Shown: in pieces, positions 27,701 through 36,700 of the stretch | How the letters are laid out: each line of letters begins with the position of its first letter | Position numbering within the stretch: position 1 is the first letter of the stretch | Assembly: GCF_964355755.1 (NCBI RefSeq) | Contig: NC_092678.1 | Coordinates: 7,828,422 to 7,892,421 of the forward strand | Source of the DNA: Antedon mediterranea | Taxonomy: Eukaryota; Animalia; Echinodermata | DNA: 64,000 bases | Direction of reading: 5' to 3' | Position numbers and translations under genes: made by a program | The notes under the pieces: generated by a model | What the model saw: only the letters and a program-made list of their open reading frames with translations | Told to the model about the DNA's origin: nothing | Databases searched by the model: none

Positions 27701-30700
27701 TTGTACACAAACATACCTTTTTTTCTTTTCATAGTTATGGTTATGATTATTTATTCTATTTTGACAAGATTTGGTTGATTTTCAGGATTCTAGCATTACC
27801 ACCTGATGAAGCGTATGTGAAATGGGACTATCCTATAAGTCATGGTGGCGCTGTTGAAAAGACGCTTGCTAAAAGCTCAAGTCTTACAGTACGTATATTA
27901 ACACCTACTACCTGCACTCGGTTTTAACAGTTAACAGTTATTTTCCACACAGGTCAGCCTGGATACCGAGGGAGAAATTAATTAAGCCACTGGGATTTGA
28001 TTACGAGCAAGAGTTGGATCTAGCCAGCTCGGTAGACCAGCAGGGTATACCCGAAAATGCAATGCATAGAGAGAGGTCCACATCTGCACCTAACGTTAGC
28101 ATAAACGCAGTAAATAACCCACTAACTGCATCACTGCTATCGGTAAGTTCTCGGTAGCGCCCTCACTGTCTCACTCTTATCGTACTATTGTTATGCTCTT
28201 ATTTTTCTAAAACTGTTTTTGTTTTGCTTTGCAAATATTCTAACTGGTGGTGGATCCAAAGATTAATGTTGGAATGATTTCAATAAACAAGTCATTGATA
28301 TTTGGAATGATATCAATAAACAATTTAAACAATGACAAAGTCATTTATAATTATTTAGTGCATGATCATCATATGATATTTATTGCCCTGATTGTTTTAC
28401 AAAGTAAAACTCTTAAAAAAATTGAATAATATAAAATAAATGGTACATAATAAATAAAAAAAATAGCAAATTAAATCACTAATTTACTAATATGCGTCAA
28501 CATGCAGTGAGCCGATTTGGAAGGGGACAAGCTTCCTCTCACTTCCTATAATTTGAAATTTAAAAAACAGTTTTCCTGGGAAATTTTCTTGGGAAAGGGC
28601 AGCTCCTATACTTCCTTAGGCTCCTTCCCCAATATCCAATCGCACTAATAAAAGTTCTGAAATGCTCAAGTGTTTGACTTAAAATTAATAAATATTTAAA
28701 GATTTCTCTTATTAGTTGTATTCACTTTTTCATTAATAATTATTAATACTGTATTGAATATGGCTACTCAATCACTAGGACTTTTTACAGGAAAAGATAA
28801 CAGATAATAAAAGAAAGTATATTTTGTCATTTATGTCATAATCTTGGATCCATCACTACTCTATTTAAAATAACAGCCATCTTTATTTATATCTAATTAT
28901 AAATGGCTGTGATTAGTTTTGTTTGATATTGTGATGATTGTTGTGGTTGTGAGTTGACATATTTATTTTGTATTAATTATCGTAGATTTCTACCTGTTTT
29001 TTTTTTACTTGTATTGTGAACAAGTTATCAATGTCATGTTGTGACTTTGGTGTTGGTTTAGCATTATACAATGGTCCGGTTTGCTATGGAGCGCTACCCC
29101 CTTGGATTCTCCGCTGTTTATTATGGCCTTATTAGGTATGTTAGGTTTTCCATACTTAGTTGTTAGTATCTTTTACCACATGTCCCTTCCCAGCCTGAAC
29201 TAGCATTTACTCATTTGAATCATCATTGTATCTTATCTTAATGAAATGAAGTTGAGGAACTTTTACTGTTCTGTACTGTACAGCTTACAGGCTAAAGTAC
29301 TGTTGTAGCCTATTTTTTATTGGACATTATATGCCAGACTAAAACCAGTTCTGAGTATTTTTAATAAATATATTATTGAATTTCCTCTATATTTGCTAAA
29401 ATTGATATTCTTTTTTTTTGGAAAAAAAGACAACCCAAAACTACCTGAATAAAAACAATAGAGAGTTAGATAAATAAGTTTTTGCACACTCTAACCAATA
29501 ATCGCTCTGATGGGAGAAGTCTTGTTAGGTGCTTTAGGCTTTAGCATTCGTAATTGATGTTTTGTTAGGCTGACCAAACTATATTATTACCTAGTTTTAT
29601 GTATTTTGAGCCCTTAAGAAGGTAGACCTGTACATGTCTTGAGGATCTTTTGCAATTGTTCCAGCAAGGTTCCAGTCGGTGCTGGCAAATCAAATCAAAA
29701 GTCAATGTTTCGTTTTTACGTCGCGCCATGCGTCTATACGCCAATTAATATGCGTGAAATGGAAACATTAATGTTCAATTTGATTTGCCGGCTCTGGACC
29801 GGAACCGTGCCAGAACAGGTGTGAAAGACGCTTATACCAAGAAAATCCAACAATATATTGAAACTATGAGCAGAAGATAGTCATCTTGATTGTTTACTTG
29901 TGCCCATGGAGAGATTCAATCAGCTGCCAGTCCTCTTGGGAATAGGATACACTAATCTTATAGGCACCCAGTTTGACATTAGGGCTCAATCAAATGGTAC
30001 AACAGGCTATTTTCAGGTCAAAGTTTAATTCCATGACAGATTATTCTAAAAACTAATGCTTCGTTTGAATGGTGTATTTCATATTTTGAATTATGGAAGT
30101 GGTATTATAATTTAGGCATACATCCACTAACTTTTTATTGATAAAACTCCGCACACATTTCATTTGGTGCATTCTATCGGTTTTGATAGTACTTTTATTT
30201 TCTAATACAAAAAATTAAAATATATTTTTTTGTCATTTTACACAAACAAACTGCATATTTCAATTATAAATTTATAAATCTAATATTCATAGCACATTTT
30301 TTATTTGTTAATACTGTACTACAAATTTGCATATCACGTTGCACCTGTACAGTTATATTATGTTAATTGATAACTGCACCTTGTTTTGATTTGGTTTACT
30401 GTTAATCGCTTGTTTTTTTTTTATTTGATTGAATCTTTTCGTTTTGTAGTGCACTTTGTTTGATGGACCCATAGACTGTGCCAAAGTTATTTTATGGTTT
30501 TTTTTCATGTCAATATTATTATTATTATACTGCAGTTACTGCAGTAATTACATTTTGTTACTGCATTTACATATGATTGTATTTTGTTTAAATGTAGAAC
30601 TTGTAGAAAGTTTTAAAGTTTGTATGATTAGCCAAACAAATGATGCAAAATAATTTCATACAGTTAAAGAGTAAAAAAATGTAGCTACTGCAGTAACTGC

Positions 30701-33700
30701 AGTAGAGTAATGTTTGACATGGTCCCTTACTGTACTGATGGACATTGCACCAGGATGTGCTTTCCTATCTGATATTGTAAGATTATACAGTCAACTCTTC
30801 TAATACCAGGGTCCCCTAAAGTGCCAGATCCAGGGGTGAAATATAAATCATAACATTCAACTAATTTAAACAATACAATAAAGAACAGCTGACATTCAGA
30901 ATTGTCTTGATGATCTAATTTCAGTATAACCCCTCCTTTCATCTTTATTTGAATTAATCAGTATATAAAAAATTCTGGAAAATCTTTATCAATACACTGC
31001 ATAAAACATAACACACTCCTATAGGGGACATTGTCTCTTGAATCATATAGGCTCCCCCTGTTTAGGGCACACCCCAATATAATCCGAACAAGAGAGAGAG
31101 AGAGAGAGTCTCTAGACCTACAAATGCCTAAAAACAGGCATTCAAAATATTAAACCAGTCACAATTTAAAAGGTTCTAAATACCTGTTTACCATTGACAT
31201 ACATTTCAAAACAACTATCTAGAAATCCCAGACATTTTAGGCCTGTCCAAAAAGGTTTCCCATATTAGGAGAGTTGACTGTTTAAAAACTGCAGTAAAGT
31301 TGGAAAGTAATGCAGTAAACTACTGTAGATTAATTTTGGCATGGTTTCGTTTGTTGCATGTATTTTCACCCCTCTCTCGTACCCTCTCCTCCAATCCCTT
31401 ATCATCGCAGTCTCTCGTAATCCTGTATGTGGACGCAGTTGAATGACAGTTACATGGACATTATTTTTTTTTTTTTTTGCATAGCAGTATAAAAGTGTAT
31501 TTTGTTTCTTTGATAGATATTGGTGTAACATGTGATAGTGAATAGTCTATATTTATATGATAAACACTGTATTTATTAGAATGGCATTGTCCATTACAAT
31601 AACTGGCAGGCATAACAATACTATTTAAATTTTCTATTTAAATTTTAAGTATTTTTCTATTATAAAATATATATTTTTTATGTGCATGATATATTTTGAA
31701 CAGACATAAATAATGTATCTGGATTCACCAGTATCCAATGCGGATTGTCTAAGGCCCTGTTCACACCAATGGAGTATGTGTATTTAGGGTATGATGCCTA
31801 ACCGTAGTATTAGTGGGAAAACAGTGTATGTTTAGCAAAATGTTTTATTTTAAGTTAGTCGCTGATATAATTCAGCAGTCATAACATCATAAACAATATT
31901 TATTTTTTTAAATGATGGCATTACCTAGAAAACAGAATGCTTCTGTTAAGGATGCCAACAACAAAGTAAAAATATATCACAGATATATATATATATAAAA
32001 GTGTTTCCTATGATAGCAAAAAGCATACAGAGAGACGAAACATTTTTACGATAAGCATTGCTTTACGTTTTAGTTTAGAGTTTTTCTATATAGTTTTTAA
32101 TTTGACCTCGCTATCAGCGTTGTACTCTCCTATGCCAAACTCCATCATGTGTGAACATAAGGCCAGGGAGATGCTTGCATTTACAAAATTAAATAAATTG
32201 TTATTTGATATTGTTAATTTGTAGCCCACTTGTGCACTATTCTAGCTGGTGGAGGTATGCAAGCCTAAAAATAATGAACACAAGTGAACATAGTACATAA
32301 TAGTTACAGTATATATTGAATATAACTGGACAGTATAATAACATACAATATATGTATATATATATTTCATTGTTGATAATTCTTAATGCATACTTATCCT
32401 TTATGCTAAACTTATTCTCCTGCAGGAATTAGAAAATGTTGGGAAACCAGTGGCAGGTTAGTAGTGATTATAATAGTCAATTCTACTAAATCACAATAAA
32501 ATAATAGTTTTTTCCTTTGAAGTTAACAAATAAATGTGTACACTCAAAAGCTAGTAATAATTATATTAACAGTTTGACGCAATTTTTTGGATCTTTTTTA
32601 TTCTTCATGAACGTTTTAATTTTCGTTGTGGCTAAAGATACGGTACCATGATATCCATACTTCTAAAAACTAAAGGTACAGTAATTATAGAGGGCGCTAT
32701 GTAAGATAGATGTTAATCAAATAGGTTTACAGCAAGCCAGCTAGTGGGCTTGTGATGAGGCTATGGCTTAATTAAGGGGTTGCAGGTTCGATTCTCTACT
32801 CGACGGCTTTTTTATTTTTCATAGTTTTTAATTTAAGGTTTTTAATATTTAGGAACAAGTTTTATATTTAGGTACAAGTTTTAGGAATGCAATTTACCGT
32901 ACTTTTAGCAAACGGAAGCGCCCTCTATAATTACCGTACCTTTAGTTTTTAGAAGTATGGATATGGTACCGTATCTTTAGCCACGGAGTTTAATTTTTGC
33001 CTTTTTTATGTATTATTTTATAATTTTATTATTAATTTTTTTTTTCTTTACGTTAGTTTGCATTTCTTTTTTTTTATGTTATACGTAGACTTCCACCATC
33101 ATCATCATCACCACCATCACGTGGAACCATTACAGTTGCCAGGTTCTTATTCCAACACATCTTCTACATCATTAGTCTCAACATCTCCCTCAAGCAATTC
33201 CAGCTTAGGCAATTATCAATATTCTTTTTACCAGCCATTAGTTTCTCCGCTGGGTAAGTTTCGTTTACCAGTTTGTAATACATTTCTGATATATTCATGA
33301 TTTATAAACTTTTGTTTTGAATTACGTTTTTTCAAACCCAAGCCCTAACACATTTGTTTTTCAGGTGGATTTGGCAACATTCAGTAGCAATGTTATTAGA
33401 TTGTCATTGGGAATGATAAACTTTTGCATAGTGATAAATTTAGCATTAATAAAAAAAAAGTGTGTTTGGGTTTGTCTATGAATTTTCAATCTTTTCAAAA
33501 CACACAATGCACAATGGCTCTTACAGACCAGGTTACTGATCTTATAAGATCTTGACCATTTATGGTAGAAAGTTACCTGTGAATGTTTCGGAAATTTTCT
33601 TCACAGAAACATGAATCAAATTTGTGCATACATATATTTGAAAAGATTGTGTATTGACTATAACAATAACGATGGTTTATTTGTTTACTTTTAGGAGCGA

Positions 33701-36700
33701 GTGCTCAAAGTAGGATAAGTTCAGCATCAGGCGTACAAACACCTCCACCTCATGTGAAGTGTCGGGAAAGGCGTACGAACTCGACGTCTGGGGATAGGTA
33801 CAGTGGAAAAAAGGTTAGTTGCTTCTCATTGGCTAACAAATATTAATTATGCTAGTGTATGGCAAGGATTCTTTACAGACGACACGGTCAAATGCAGCAT
33901 GCGAGTGTATTTCATATGACCTGCAAATAGTTACTGCTGAAATAAAATACCTAAAATAACATAAAATAAATAAAATGTATTGTTAAAAAGGTGATGCGAT
34001 TTTAGGACTTTGCCAACCTGTGACTAATGATAATATCCTGGATTTCTAAAGCGCCTAATGTTGTGAAACCTCTAAGCGCTGTACATATTAACCTAGCCAT
34101 TTTTTGATCAAACACAGAGTGAGCGAGAAGGCAAACATAAGTAAATTGTCTTGTCTAAAGGATACAAGCAATCCAAAGAGCCTTGGATTCAAACCCACGA
34201 TCTCACAATAAGTAGTCCAGTATGCAACACACTGCGCCACACACCATTACAAATGGCCTGTGGCACTTATATATGGCCTGTTATATCAATCTGCCCACCA
34301 TCTAAATGCTAACTGGCATTTATTTTTCATTTTATCCAAATAGCCAAGGGAAAGAAGAGATTCAAATGATGACTGGGAAATTCCAAGTCCGGAGTTAACG
34401 TTAGGTCCTAGGATAGGTTCAGGTTCTTTTGGAACAGTGTACCGTGGTCAGTGGCATGGTAAGGAAAAATATAATAATAATAATATTCGTTTTTATATAA
34501 TGCTTATTGCACAATGCTTCTAAACGCTTCACATTATTACCCCAGTCATTTTTTTTTGGTTTAAACATGTATGGAAACACACTCCCATAATGCAGCTAGT
34601 AATCAGCACAAAGTTGTGTCTTGATCTAACTGGGTACCCATTTATACACTTGGGTAGAAAGAGGCAAACGTAAGTAAAGTATCTTGCCTAAGGATACAAG
34701 CAATGCGACAAGAGCTGGATTCGAACCTCGATCTCACGATCAGTAGTCCAACGTCCAACACACTGCGCCAGACGCCCTTATATTATTATGATATATATGA
34801 TATATTTTTTCTAATCTTAATATTCTATACTTTTTCAAAATAAATCTGATACAAAGTGCATTGGAAATTATGATTCTTGTCTTGACATATAAAGATGAAA
34901 ACTGAAACAAAAAGATAATAAAAACATAATTTATATAAACATAAATAAACTTTATGATGATTTACAATGTTTCTTTTGACATGCAGGTGCTGTGGCGGTT
35001 AAGAAATTAAATGTAACGCATCCTACCCCATCTCAACTACAAGCATTCAAAAATGAAGTGGCGGTTTTAAGGTAATTTGAACAAAAGAACAAATTACACA
35101 GATTCATTACAGTTAAAATGTCATAAATGATGTTGCTTGCTCCTGATAAGATTGCTAAAATGTTTAAATAAATATTATTATTACAGGAAAACACGTCACG
35201 CCAATATTTTATTATTTATGGGATGTCTGTCTGAACCGGACCTAGCTATTGTGACACAATGGTGTGAGGGCTCTAGTCTGTATAAGCATCTTCATGTACA
35301 TGAACGCAAGTTTGAAATGTACGAGCTGATTGATATTGCACGACAGATAGCACAAGGCATGGAGTAAGTATTTGAGTATTATTAAGGCCCATTTACACTT
35401 GGACGATAACGATGGACGATAAATATATAAACATGCATTTTTTTTAAAAAGTATAACATCCACAGTGCCATGAGCAATGACCATTTGAATGAGGCTGTGT
35501 AAATAGAAATTATAATTATCATAAATGCGGCCAGTCTGCAATGAATTAAGCCAAAGAACTTATAACACAAGAATCTCCTGTTCTTCAATTTGCATTCAAA
35601 ACACAGTATCGGAAGTACAGGGTTAAAAGGTCAAACTGGGCGACGCCATTTCACTGCATGGAGCAGCACCCCCTCCAAACTAGGAAGTCAATTACTCTAC
35701 CCCCCCCTAGAGTATTAGCAGATCCCCTCTATGATTTTGACTTTCTAATTTGATGCGAGCGCGCTTCTCCATGGCTCACAATGGCGCCACCCATTAGCTC
35801 TATTCTATCGCTCAATGCCTTTCGAAATTGTTACGCGCTTCGGACGAACAGGAGATTCTTGTGTTATAAGTTCTTTGATTAAGCCTGTTAGAAATCTCTT
35901 ATGCTCATTTACAAGTATCCTGAATTCGGCATTGCCTTTCTTTTCAAGACAATTCTGTTTTCAAAAGTTAATTAACAGAGCAGCGTGACGCCAATGCCAA
36001 ATTGCATTTCGCGTACTCTAACATAGACGTTTCACTTTTCAGATGTGGATGGAGTATACCCACATTTAGGGCCTGCAATTATTCAATATGGAAGCAACAG
36101 ATTACTAGAATAAAAACAACAATGTCTTATTAGTTGTATGGACAGAATATGTCATGAGTTGAAAGATTGACTGTCCTATTTAACTAGGCTATGCCTCATT
36201 AACAAAAGTTTCAACTCTAGAAATAATCTCTCCATACCATCAACTTGTAAACATTCATTTTTTAATGATACCACAACAACAAGCAATAATGTTTTATATT
36301 CTTTTTTTCAGCTACCTTCATGCAAAGAACATTATTCATAGGGATCTCAAGTCTAATAGTATCCTTTCACTGTTGTTTAGAGTGTTTTATTTAAATTTAT
36401 AGTAAAATTTAAATTTAGAACCCCAGGCAAAAAGATGTTTTCCTGTTTCATACACTGGCACAGATAACTTCATTATTTGTTATTTTATTTGATGTCTTTA
36501 AGCAATGTGACTAAGGATTACCAATAGTAAATTAATCACTGTTCTATCAGATAAGTGGTAATTCCCCTGATACAGGGGCTATTTTGTGAACCAGTTCATC
36601 GTAAAACCCCCTACTCTTCTCGAATAATGAACTGAGCATGTGCAAAAAAACTTTTTATTTATAAACAAAATAAAACTGCTGTCAAGCTCTTTGTGTTCAG

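Noticed and set aside
27813-27888. Longer Raf exon 7 ending at the gtacgt donor
   Set aside because: A phase-0 end does not fit the phase-2 acceptor of exon 8
31731-31739. GTATCC as a second U12 donor
   Set aside because: Continues AAT rather than TTT, and no compatible exon or branch site was found
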